A DNA stretch of 63,968 nucleotides, the filler included, from Octopus bimaculoides (lineage: Eukaryota): NCBI RefSeq assembly GCF_001194135.2. It is 5 parts of 4 records of this genome, joined end to end, with 100 filler letters (N's around TTAATTAATTAA, not from the genome) between each part and the next. Parts side by side here need not be neighbours in the genome. Positions count along the whole stretch, not along the records: positions 13,251 to 35,109 come from NC_068987.1; 4 more parts are not named here. One strand, 5' to 3'. Positions 13,251-25,800 of the stretch are shown piece by piece. Below the pieces are notes generated by a model that did not search any database, was not told where the DNA came from, and was given only the letters and a program-made list of their open reading frames with translations. The number at the start of each line of letters is the position of its first letter. Positions within the stretch are counted from its first letter, which is position 1. The position numbers and the translations under genes were made by a program.

Positions 13251-14000
13251 TCTGTAAACTATGAAACAAATGGTTGTCTGAAAGAGCAAGGTTTGGAGAA
13301 TAATGTGGACGAGGAATTTTTTTCCAACCAATCTCTTCGATCTTCTGTGATGTGATCTTTGCAGTGTGGGGTCGCGCATTGTCCTGATGAAACATCACTA
13401 CTGTTCGATTCACTAAAGCGGGTCTTTTCTTTTCAAAGCTTGGTTCAAACGCTCTAATTGCTGACAGTGAGACTTGAGCATTGATTGTTACGTTACGTGG
13501 TGACAATTCAAAGTGAATTACTTCTTTGCAATCCCACCAGATAGATAGAAGAACCTTTTTTCCATGAAGTTCCCTTCTCGGTATTGGTTGAGCTTTTTCG
13601 CTTTTACCAAGCCACTGTTTACGACGTTTAGCATTTCGATAGAAGATCCATTTTTCGTCACCAGTCACAAGTCTATCTAAAAAGAGTGAAATGAGTTCGC
13701 GAGAATTGAGAGAAGAGCAGATGTCAACTCGGGATTTGCGGTTGCTTTTGGACAATTCAAGAGTCACCCATTTTCCAAATTTAGGAACCTTTCCAAGTTG
13801 TTGAAGATGACGATGAACAGTTGCATAGTTTGAACTAAGCTTTATTGCCAATTCTTCAACTGATAATGCAGGATTTTCTTCAAGTAATGCCTCAAGGAGC
13901 TTATCATCAAACTCAACTGGATGTCTTGTTCAATCTTCATCTTCAAGGCTGAAATCTCCACTTCTGAATTTTGCAAACCATCTTCTGCAAGTTCTTTCAT
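13251..14000 (-). mobile_element. Mariner (DD34D) transposase relic
   Basis: ORF with WV.LEL, LVTGDEKW, FHQDNARPHT and HYSPNLALSDNHLF motifs. Same family as 31482-32721. Confidence 0.9.
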
Positions 14001-15030
14001 TCAAGCATTCTTTCCCATAAACTGAGTGCATATTGAAAACTTTTCAGCTACTGCACTTGTGTGACAAGGAACTCCATCTTGCTGGCATGTAAACTTGAAG
14101 CTCTTAGCCATCTTTTTGAGGTTTCCCTCGTCTCTTGCCTCAGGACACTCAGAAAGAGTCCAGGTCTTTACATTTTTCAAAATCTGAACATAACAAACTC
14201 TTATCAATCTCTCAGCTTTCTCAAACATGATCAATGGCATCTTCTTGCTATCAGAGAGCACACAGGCGAAAATCATCACCTTGACAGGGTTTTCGCACCT
14301 GAAAATAACATTTCTAGCTCTCTTTCGTGAGGAGTTGAAGCCAGAATGCTTCTGTTGCGTCTGTTTGTGTACGTATCTTGAGTGAAAATTCTCTTCATCT
14401 GTGTAAAATATCACTTCAGGATTGTGCTTCACTTAGTCCAAGCTGATCTTCACCGTCTCCAATATTCTAACCTTTTGTCCTGGAATAATAAAGTTGCCTC
14501 ATAGATCTCACGTACAATTTCATTTTCAAGTCTCCTGTCAACGTCCTTTGAACTGTCTCATGTGCTGAATGTCTTATGGATTGAGTTAGATATCTTGTGC
14601 TTTATCTCTCAGCTCCAGGTTGAAATTGTGATCTTCCTTGCGATTACGACCTCCTGATTTAGTTTTCTTCTGCCCAATTCCCTCTTTCTCAAACATATTC
14701 ACAATTCATTTGATGGTTCTTGAATGGAATTTGAAGATGAAAGCCAGAGAATGAATATTGGCACCATTACTGAAGGCCTGGATTATCTTAGCCCTCTCAA
14801 CATTGCTCAGTTGGGAAGACATGATGAAGCTGGCACAAAACGATTTCAGCCAGTTCTCTTTCTAACTAAATATCTCAATGGCTATTTCACTGATTCTTAC
14901 TAAAACTGGTGTCAGTATGGCCAGTTGTCTTATCTGGAAAACACAGGAAATTGCAAATCTATAAGTTCTTTGGTTTTAAAAAGTTTTAAGAATTTGTGAG
15001 CGTGATAATTTTGCTGTTACACCCGGTATA
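14001..15030 (-). mobile_element. Tc1/mariner maT-like transposase relic
   Basis: ORF with IFYTDEENF, KVMIFACVLSDSKKMP and CQQDGVPCH motifs. Directly abuts the mariner at 14000. Confidence 0.75.
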
Positions 15031-15279
15031 TACATGACGAACTTCAGTACAGTTACCGTCTACCAGATTCTATTTACCCAAGCATTAGTTAGCCTGAGGT
15101 TGTGGCAGAGAATGTCATGCAGCAAGATTGAACTTAGAGCCACTTGGTTGCGAAGTTAGATTCTTTTATACATTATAATCAATTTCCAGTCCTCCCAATG
15201 GCAGCATCTATCATCACCAACCACAAGTTTTCAGCAATATAGAGGTAATGTTGACCTGTTTTTGTCTTTTTTTTTTTGT

Positions 15280-15770
15280 TCCCGTTGTATTGTGGATCCT
15301 AAATACTCACCACAATGCTAAACATTCAGTAAGGAATACTATCTGGAAGTTATGCGTCGCCTTCATCATGCTGCACGTCGAAAGCAGCCGGACAAGCGGG
15401 CGACGAAGAATTGGAAACTACACCACGACAATGTACCTGCTTATTCCGTTTACATGATCTACATCACTTGTTTATCAGACTCCATACTCTCCCGACTTGG
15501 TACCGTGTGACTTCTAGCTCGTCCCTAAACGGATAACCATGTTGAAAGGTAAGCAATTTATGTCGCGAAAGGAAACTATGACAAACGCGACGGCAGAGCT
15601 TCATATCATTGCGGAGATACCGTTCCGGAGGCATTGCCAGCAGTGGCAGAACCGCTGGGAGAAATATGTGAACTCCCAAGGTGAGTATTTTGAAAGTGAT
15701 TAAATAAATTTCTGAAATATTCTAAATTGTTTTTTTTTTATGCCCAAATAATATCGGATACTTTTTGAAC
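15280..15770 (+). mobile_element. Mariner transposase C-terminal relic
   Basis: Manual translation gives EYYLEVMRRL..WKLHHDNVPA, SRLGTV (decayed SPDLAP), and WQNRWEKYVNSQGEYFES. Confidence 0.75.
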
Positions 15771-16293
15771 GCTCGTCGTATAGCTACAAGCTAATAATCT
15801 CTCCGTGAGCAGAAGACAGGTAATCGTCCTCACCAGTAACTAATGAGATGAGATTGATGTATTTCTGTTCATGAGGAGATGAACCTTGTGATGTAACTAA
15901 TTCGTTTACTTTTCACCAGTAAACATAAATAAATAAATAAACAGATTTATAAAAAAAGGAACAGAGTATATTTTACGTTTCAGCTTATTCATAGACTGTG
16001 CAATGCATTATTAATTTATTGATCAATAAATCTACGTCAAAAGCCCGTAGAGTGTTCTGCAAATTATGTAGACTAGTTTCGCTCAGTGCCAGTTTGTATA
16101 CAATATAAATAGCTATAAAATATTAATCTCTACGGGTATTCTTCCTTTGAAGAAAAACCTAGCAAATCTACAAACTAATCAGATTGATTTCATTTATCTT
16201 TTCTGTCTACAGAGCGGTAAATCTGTAGTGAATGGGACTTAGTTTACTTTTCACGGCAAGGCTAAATTGTATGTACACCTTAAATTCAAATTA

Positions 16294-16332
<39 letters not shown>

Positions 16333-17766
16333 ACTTGTGTGCCTATGTGTGTTTTTTTCACATCGACGAAGAATGTAAACATTGGTAAGAAAATGGAAAA
16401 CCTGGTGCTTTACCAACGAATCCCCTTACGATGTTTACTTTTCAGCGGGTTACACACACTGCTTTGTCACTTTAGATGTCAAAACTGCAGTGAACCAGTG
16501 ATAAAACCGTTATTCGAATCCTTTCATTGTTCGCGGTATTGTTCCCCATTTCAATATGAAATGTGAATTAAAATAAATATAATAAATTTTTAAAACATCA
16601 AATTATTTCTTTGTAAATTCCCGACCTTGCCATTCTAATGCATTTTCCTGCTGCATTTCAATAAGACAAGAGGGGTATTCTTTCAATTTTTTTACGTAAC
16701 GAGAAGCTGAGATGACCAAGTACATAGAGAATAAGACTATCAGATCTTAGTTTGTACGTTGCTGGTGTGCTGTTCAGTTTGGAAACGGGACAATATATTC
16801 TGCATTAGGCATAGTCCACATAATTGGCAGAAATAGGTGCAAGTGTACATAAACGTTTAAACTTAATCTAAAATCGATCAATCGCCTTCATCTACTATAA
16901 TAGTGAACATGGTTTCTGTTTCCCTCATATTAACTGCCTATGAAATATAAGGTACAGCAGCCCATTCCACTATTGGGTTTTTTAAATGGTTTATTCTGAG
17001 ACCTTATCAGTCTGCTTGCAACGTAGTGGACACTATTAAAGATAAACAGTTTGGCACTGACCTTTGACCGGGCAATAGATGAAGTCTACTACACCATAAC
17101 AACATTAGTCTCTCTATCGGAATCTAACATAGTTACTATCTACTCAATTTGACGCATAAAAGTTTGGTTGACCAAAGGCTGCTTTTGGGAGAATGTATTT
17201 ACTCATGCCACCCCGCTGTGTGATTAATTCAAAAACTATTTTAATCTCGAGGAAAGCTTCTTAACTGCAAAACCCATGCCTTCAGCCATACAGTCATATT
17301 TTAGATGTAATTAGACAACTCGGGTAAGTTTTATTCATCAGTATCAGAAGGTTCATCACCAAATTTTTTTTGGATAACTTGCTGCGACAATTTCAACTTC
17401 TTTAATATATAAAGCATCTCTGCCAGAAAGGAAAGCCGCACGTATGAATTGCCATTTCTCTTCCACACAATAAAAGCACACAAATTCCGCAACATCTAAT
17501 GACGCAAAATGCGTTTACCCTCGAGACATATTCTTGATGAAAACGATAATTATAAATGTACACCTGCTCCGCCAAAAATGTCAGCGATTTCAATTATATT
17601 CTTCTGATTAATTTCCTTACGGTTTGTCTCTATTAAAATATAATTTTCCCCATATATTTGTCTGATTTCGGTTGTTTCGTTATATGACCCTTTTATAATC
17701 GTAGGAAATTTTCGAACACACGAAATAATTGTTCAATATATTTTATTTCATATACTTTAGGCCAAT

Positions 17767-17769
<3 letters not shown>

Positions 17770-17841
<72 letters not shown>
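17770..17841. repeat. (GATA)n microsatellite
   Basis: Direct inspection. Confidence 0.95.
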
Positions 17842-17844
17842 CGA

Positions 17845-18195
17845 CAGTAATTCTTAACCGAGGTCCATATGAACCTTGAGGGTTCTTATAAGATTTTGGT
17901 GGGGTTCATGCAATGAAATAGTAAATTGGTTATCCACAATAGTATTTTAAGAGCCTCTGAAAAGATTTTACACTAGATGTATATATTGATACGTATAGCA
18001 AGAAACAGCTAGGTTTCTTCCTCTCATACTTTACATAGTTCAACCAAAGCAAGTTAATGTGCGAAAAATGAAATAGGAATATTGAAAGGGGTTTCTCTAA
18101 AACTAATTTTTAAACATCGAATGGCTAAGGGGGTCCGTCAGGAAAAAATATTAATCAAAGTAGTCCATAGATAAAAGAACTTTGGGAGCCCCTGG
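17845..18195. mobile_element. hAT-type MITE relic
   Basis: Starts cagtaattcttaacc and ends gggagcccctg, a decayed CAG..CTG-type terminus. Confidence 0.4.
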
Positions 18196-19924
18196 GTTAC
18201 CATAACCATACCTTCATACACAACTAATTGAAGTCAAAGTAAAAAAAGATGTTCTTTGCATCATGCATCTTAACTATAGTGGTTATGGTTATTGTCGTTG
18301 TTGATGTTATGGTAGTTGTGGCTTATGATGTTTCTGTTAATGTTATTTTTAATGCTGTTCATATTTAGCTCTGTGTCATCCGTCATCGAACAGATTCTAT
18401 GATGAAAGTTATTCAAGCTATAACTGTCCCGTATTTTATTCAAGCATAATGTATCTAAGGTTACAATATCCATTATGTACTTCATTCCTTTTAAAGGCTA
18501 CTCATAAATATTACTCATGTTTATACTTCTTGGCAGAATAAAAAGCAACAATCTTCTCAAAATCGCTGATTATTTAAGATTTATCACTCTTGATCGCTAC
18601 TTCTTACCACAATATTTTTTGGTATTCTTTTCTTGAATACAGCAACAGTACTCGACTTTCAACAGGATTGTCAATGATCATGCAATCAACGACATAGAGT
18701 TCTCAGGACGAAAAGAGACAAACTTTGTTCAAAGATCGGACACGAATCAATCACATCGTGATATTACAAGTTGATCTGCTACCTATCTGATAGAAACTTC
18801 TTAGATATTTCTAGCATGTCTAGTTTGTGCATAGAAGCAACCTGGTTTGCTTCTTGCTATTGTTGAAAGGAGTAGAGGGGAGAGAATTAACAGACGTTAT
18901 TGTGAAGAATGTAATATAAACGTATCCATTAACTTGGTAGTCGATGGTGAGACTGTGTTACTTATATATTTATTCTAAGTTCGATAAATTGATCATTACA
19001 TTGTTTAGGTTAATTAGAATATTGCAAAACGGTTGAAATTTTCGGACACCACTGACTTTTTTTATTGTTTGTATGATACATTATTGATTCAATTATCCTC
19101 GGCTCTCTGCATTTAATAAGTTCTTGTTCAATATGTTGATAGGTGCAGTGGATTTACTTACAATTAGTAAAAAAAAAACCTATTAATCTCACCAAAATTC
19201 GTCTGAGAATGCAAGGTCCTAAAATGGATGAATGGCTAAGGGTCCGCTATAGTCCTCATCAGTTTCATCAGATTCATGATTTTATCCTACTATGTGATGA
19301 GTCGATGGTTCATTTCACATCGAAGACACTGCTATTATTGTGGAGTATCCAATTCCAGTTTTGTTCATTTCATTGAATGAAAGCGCCATAAATGGATGGA
19401 CACGTTTACTACGATAACCAACAGCAGCATTGTATAATTATTTCAAATTATAGGCCAGCAATATTAGATGGGGGTATGGATAGTCGATTACGTTCACTGC
19501 AGTATTTGACTGGTACTTTATCGAACCCCGGAAAGATGAAAGGAAAATTTGACCTTTGTGATATTTTAACTCAAAACGTAATGAGTCGAAAGAAATACCG
19601 CAAGGTATTTTGTCCGTCACGCTACTAATTCTGGCAGCAAACTGTCGTGCAGCAGTATATAATTAACGAGCGTTTCTTTGGTAGGTAGTGCTAATTTCCA
19701 TTTGCTTTTGTTTGTTTGTTTGTTTTTTTTNNNNNNNNNNACACGGCATATGATCTAGCATAATGGACCTGTTCCGCACTAAGTATTTATATAAACCTAC
19801 TTCGTAAATATTCCTCTGGTGGCCTTGTTATATATTAAACGTTAATATTAACCAACCCCGAATGCTTCTCCTTTTACTAAGAGTTTTTCAGAAAATAGAA
19901 AAAAAGACAATCTTCTTAAAATTC

Positions 19925-20124
19925 GTAGTGGTTGTGTGGTAAGTAGTTTAGGCCCAGGAGTGGAGTGGCTGTGTGGTAAGTAGCTCGCTTACCAACCTCA
20001 TGGTTCTGGGTTCAGTCCCACTGCGTGTCACCTTGGGCAATTGTCTTCTACTATAGCCTCGGGCCGACCAAAGCCTTGTGAGTGGATTTGGTAGACGGAA
20101 ACTGAAAGAAACCCGTCGTATATA

Positions 20125-20183
<59 letters not shown>

Positions 20184-20502
20184 NNNNNNNNNNNNNNNNN
20201 NNNNNNNNNNNNNNNNNNNNNNNNNNNNNNNNNNNNNNNNNNNNNNNNNNNNNNNNNNNNNNNNNNNNNNNNNNNNNNNNNNNNNNNNNNNNNNNNNNNN
20301 NNNNNNNNNNNNNNNNNNNNNNNNNNNNNAACCGATGCCGGTGTGTTTACGTTCCCGTAACCTAGCGGTTCGGCAAAAACGACTAATAGAATAACAAATA
20401 GGCTTACAAATAGTAAGTCCTGGGGTCGATTTGCTCGACTAAAGGCGGTGCTCCAGCATGGCCGCAGTCAAATGACTGAAACAAGTAAAAGAGTAAAAGA
20501 GT
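19925..20502 (+). mobile_element. Composite SINE: tRNA head (partly duplicated), internal (TA)(TG)n, tail module
   Basis: Head and tail modules seen separately elsewhere are here collinear across the microsatellite and gap. Confidence 0.75.
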
Positions 20503-22530
20503 ATTTGATTTGTAAGATTCTTGATGTGAATTTGTGTGCTGATCTGCTACCTATCTGATAGAAATTTCTTAGATATTTCTAACATGCCTAGTGTGTACCT
20601 AGAAGCAACCTGGTTTGCTTCTTGCTATTGTTGAAAGGAGTAGAGGAGAGAGAATTAACAGACGTTATTGTGAAGAATGTAATAAATGTAATATAAACGC
20701 ACAGATAGATATCAATTTATTCAACATCTGTCAAAGAAGACGGGTTTAACTGTCTTTGAGAGAAACGTTATATGGATGAACGTGTGCGTTTGCGAAGAAA
20801 ACAAGGAGAAAACCAAAACCGCTATCTTTTGTATATGAAAAATGACATAGTCAATATTTAAGAAACACATACGGATGCACACACTTATGTAATAAACACA
20901 CACACACGTGCAGACATACACACACTCACATACACATCTCGGACAGATCTCGAACGAATCTCAACGCTGGAACATAAATTCAAAAGAAATGGAAGTAGAG
21001 AGACGTGTCACTGAAGAGATTGCAACAATGCGATGAAATAATTATTTGACAAAAATAGAAATTACAACACTAACACTTCTGAACATTTGAACGATTAACT
21101 GTTTGACCAAAGTGTTTAACATATGAGTTTATAAACCTAGTAAAAAACGGCTAATCGATAAATTGGTTAACGGAGTGACTAACCCATTTACTAACAATAA
21201 CAATATAGGACCTAACCAGTGCATGTGTTTATTATTACCGGCATAATGCCCCTCCCAAGGTTCAATAGTACTTCTTAAAATTGTTAACTGTTAAAGATTT
21301 ATTATTCTATTAAACTCTATTTCTTGTCACAATATTAGTTGATATTTTTTACTTAAGAATTCCCAACATTACTCTCCTTACAACAGGGTAGTCAATGCAG
21401 CAAGCAACTGAATATACTTGTTATCATCTGCACAGAGTTCTTAAGACGATTGAGACAAAAACTTTTCGTAGACTGGACACCAGTCAATCACATCATAACA
21501 TTGCTAATTGATCNNNNNNNNNNAACAGGCTGAAATGAATCAATGTACAATGAAGTGTTTTACCTGACGTCGAAGCCCATGGGGTAGATTTTAACTCAAT
21601 ATGTATTAGCAGCAAACACACGGCCATGTTCGTTTCGTTGGTAAAATTTGAACAGAGGTTTTAAAAGACTAAATTGGAACTTTCTCTCAATGTATATATT
21701 ATTTAATCTTCTATACATTTCCACACTCTACGATTTCATTTAAACTGTAACTAATTCTGTGATAATGCAAGTTCATTCTCCGATCGGACGCCATTACTGC
21801 TGCGAAATAGCAATCATTGCCAGCTAATGACGTTAATACTGTTACATTTATACCAATACATTTATCATTTACTTAGTAACAAAATATAAGAATTGTTTTT
21901 AGTTCAAATATTTTTTCTCTTCTTCCTCTGCGTTTGCATTAAGCTGAGATTTCTTGCTAGCAGCTTCCATTTGTGAACATTAAGCTAAATATAAGTTGAA
22001 TTTTAAGCTAATCTATTTCCTACCAGCATTAGCAAGACATATGTCGGCATAGCTTAACTTAAACGTCTGCTTTCTAAATGCCAGATCAAATATGTACAAT
22101 GAAATAAATGTCTTCTCACAGATCTCACAAACAACAGTGGTGTAATAACGTTTTAATTAGAATAGCGCTAGTATCTGGTAGGATGTAGTTTCAATTGAAA
22201 TTTGAAGAGTTGCAACCAATTCAGTTTGAGTATAATATAAAATTATACAAGTGACTCATTCTGACGTGGCTGGTCGACATGACCGTTTAATACTGTCATG
22301 TCTTCCAGGGAATAAAAATATCGGAGAACGAGAAAACATTGCTCTGAATGGCAATGCCCAAATCCTGATTGATAAAAGCTATAGCACGCAAGTAATAGGG
22401 TGAACTGAATGATAAACTGTGATGGAAGCACACCACGTTCCAACCGTAACAAGTGTATCTGAATAATATCACTCAATGTGTCATTCTTTTTAAGACGATA
22501 AGGGATTATCTAAGAGAGATTGTTTCAGTC

Positions 22531-22950
22531 TTTATTAAGAGCACAGCCTTCCCTATCGCCAGAGACACTTCATTAACACCCCAACTTTCATTAACACCAC
22601 TATCTTCATCGACACCGCAGTCTTCCTTGACAAAGCACCCGTAATAAACAATACAGCCATCATTGACACTACAGTCTTAACCGACACTAGAACTTCCATC
22701 GGCACCACTCACTTCGCTGATACCACAACTGTTATTCACACTACAGACTACATCGACACAACACCTTTCATCACAGTAGAGCCTTAACTGACACCACCGT
22801 TTTCATTGACATTCCAGCCTTTATCAACGCCACTACATGCATCACAATTGTTCACCAACCCGACAGTTTTCATCGTCACTACCGACTTCATTGGCAGTAA
22901 AACGCACAATTATACCAGAGCGTTCACTGACACATTTTGAGAAAAGTCCA
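22531..22950 (+). repeat. Diverged 18-bp tandem repeat reading as hexapeptides (FIDTTV-like)
   Basis: From 22569 the frame reads FINTPT FINTTI FIDTAV FLDKAP VINNTA IIDTTV LTDTRT SIGTTH FADTTT VIHTTD YIDTTP. It continues after frameshifts. Confidence 0.75.
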
Positions 22951-23683
22951 AAATGTGATTTTCTTGTAACTGATACAATTGCTTTTCATTTCAATCAGTG
23001 GTTTGTTTATTCTTTACAGATTCTTAACACTTTTTTCTATACTGTTATATATCTCTCATACTTTCTAACGTTTGACAAGCGTTGTGGCAATTCTTTAAAT
23101 TTGGTGAGTTTTGAATGAGTTAACCTATGATCAAAATTATTGCAACAAAACCCATCTTCTTTGTTCTCCATATATACTAAATCTAAGACACTTTATCCAA
23201 TGTGCCCTTTCATTTTAAACCAGTTGGATGTAATTTTACAGAGAATTTTGCTGCTGCTTCTAGCAATTCGAAAAGTGACATGGTGGCTTCTTTGTTTGCT
23301 TTATCTAAAAAAAAAGTGACTCAGTTCGATATTGATTGTTACTATCTTTGCTGATTAAATTTACCAAACAAGAAAAGTTACTTAAAATTGTTTTTGTGCT
23401 AGTTCTTGGCTGCGTCCCAGATTATTACTCCTGTAAAACGAATGACTTTACGAATCGAACAACACGTTTATTATGTCAAGAAGAACTTAATATAAGGAGA
23501 ATAATGCGCTCATCTTCTATTAGGTTTTAGTCATTTCAGAACGTTATACTATGATCCTTTTTTTATGCCTAAGAACATCGTTGGTCGAAGTTTATGAGTT
23601 GTCTCCTGTTAGGATATTTCAGCTTCATTGTAAGATACAGAATCATGGACAACTACAAATTATTCTGTATGATATGCGCACTG

Positions 23684-24071
23684 TGGAGGCGCAATGGCCC
23701 AGTGGTTAGGGCAGCGAACTCGCGGTCATAGGATCGCAGTTTCGATTCCCAGACCGGGCGTTGTGAGTGTTTATTGAGCAAAAACACCTAAAGCTCCACA
23801 AGGCTCCGGCAGGGGATGGTGGCGAACCCTGCTGTACTCTTTCACCACAACTTTCTCTTACTCTTACTTCCTGTTTCTGTTGTGCATGTAATTCAAAGGG
23901 TCAGCCTTGTCACACTGTGTCACGCTGAATCTCCCCGAGAGCTACGTTAAGGGTACACGTGTCTGTGGAGTGCTCAACCACTTGCACGTTAATTTCACGA
24001 GCAGGCTGTTCCATTGATCGGATCAACTGGAACCCTCGATGTCGGAAGCGACGGAGTGCCAACAATAACAA
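23684..24071 (+). mobile_element. Full-length tRNA-derived SINE with 13-bp target-site duplication
   Basis: A-box-like tggcccagtgg and B-box-like gtttcgattcc. Short (AAC/AAT) tail. TSD gatatgcgcactg at 23671-23683 and 24072-24084. Confidence 0.9.
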
Positions 24072-24749
24072 GATATGCGCACTGAGTCTATTGACTCAAC
24101 TATCATATCCAGAGCATGTTAGTAAAATAAAAATACGGGTTTATTTTTTATATAGGAGTTCCAATACTTGCGGACCTTTTCACCTTTATACCTTTAGTCT
24201 ACATTTTTAGTTTCACAGGCGAGAGAACGACACCTAAATATATGGTGTACAGTATATCTATTTACATAAAGCCGGATTTATATGGATGGTTTGGAAAACT
24301 ACCTAAATTATTTCTAAGGCCTGGGAAAACAAAATCAGGAAAAGATTTAGAGATTCTAAATACATATATTTTTCCAAAGATTAGACAAAATTAAAAAAAT
24401 AATGGAATTCTACGTATTCTAAAATTTCTTCCAAATAACATGATAAACAAGCAAAATAATGACAAAAATTTAGAACGTACAGGAGCTAAGTAGCATAAAC
24501 ACTAGTTGCTATGTCTACTATTTATAAGATACAGCAGATTTCAACGTAATTGTTTTTGGTACCTTAACGATATACTACATTCCTCGTTTTTCAATTGATA
24601 TGTGGCTACATATCACAAATCTTTCAAATCCGTCTTGTATGTGTGCTTGTTATATGAGTAAGACTTACAGATGATAGATTTAATATACTTACATATTTTC
24701 TGAGGATTGATTTCCAACAAAATTTCGTTCACTTTTTTTCATTTATGTT

Positions 24750-24843
24750 CGATACCTGAACTACTCATTCGATACGTGACGAACTCATTCGATAACTGAC
24801 AAACTATTCGATACCTGACAAACTATTCGATACTTGACACACT
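24750..24843 (+). repeat. Minisatellite, ~19-21 bp unit attcgatacctgacaaact
   Basis: Four to five consecutive diverged units. Confidence 0.8.
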
Positions 24844-24899
24844 AAAAGTTCGGCACGAACTTGTGACAAGATAAGCTGTATTTTGTGTGCTTGAGGTCA

Positions 24900-25800
24900 C
24901 CCAGAAAATGCAAAACCAAAATGGACATTATCGACAAGTCATGCTTTTTTTTTTATTCTTAAAACGGTGAGAAAGCAGCGGAAACTTACAGAAAGATATT
25001 TACTGTGAACAGAGAGGGTGCTGTTTCAGAACGTGTCCCGGAAATGGTTTTTTCAAGGTTTCGATCTGTAAATTTTTCCCGTTCAAGATGCACTTCGCTT
25101 TGGCCAGCCAACTCAGATGAAAAGCGACAAAGTGAAGTTGACCGAAATCAACCTGTGTTATATGACGAAGGTGATTACAGATATTCTTCAAATATCCAAA
25201 TCGAGTGTTGAAAACTATCGACATCAACCTTGTTACATTAGCAAGCTCAATGTTTGCGTCCCTCATCAATTCAATGAGAAAAATATGCTCCAACGAATGT
25301 CCATCTGCGATTCGTTATAGATACATGAAGAAAGAAAACGATCCTCTGTTTTTTAAGAGAATAGTCCAAGGAGACAAAAATAGATCCTCTATAACAATGT
25401 GAATTACAAACGATCGTGAGGGAAGCACGGTGAACCACCATAAACAATCTCCAAAATTAGGACTTCACACTAACAAGGTTCTACTTTCAATTTAGTAAGA
25501 GTGTTGCCTTTTGCGAGCTCCTTCCCCCGAAGAGTTCCATCAATTTGGATGTTGTACTGTGCTAAGCTGGACAAGTTAAAAGCAGTGATCCACCAGAAGT
25601 GTCCAGTGCTAGCTTATTATAAGGGTGTTGTCTTCATCACAACAATGCCAGACTGCACACTTCTTTGCAGACACGACAAACATTACTGTGGCTTGGCTGG
25701 AAAGTTTTGCATCACCCTCCATATTCTCTCAACCTGGTGCCTTAAAATTTCTACCTGTTTCGGTCTCTAAAATTCCTTGAATGAACAAATTGTCAGTTCT
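24900..25800 (+). mobile_element. Degenerate mariner transposase
   Basis: Fragments ..GAVSERV..WFSRFRS, VPHQFNEKNMLQRMSICDSL, VFHHNNAR and HPPYS with many frameshifts. Confidence 0.8.

Noticed and set aside
21910-22480. Minus-strand open stretches including WKLLARNL (death-domain-like)
   Set aside because: Could not build phase-consistent splice junctions, and the similarity is too short to support.
23684-23760. tRNA-like sequences (also 5549, 19960, 63782)
   Set aside because: They have A/B boxes but continue into SINE bodies, one with a TSD, and do not close a cloverleaf.
24750-24843. Short repeat array resembling CRISPR
   Set aside because: Units are adjacent with no unique spacers, in a eukaryotic context with no cas genes; a minisatellite.
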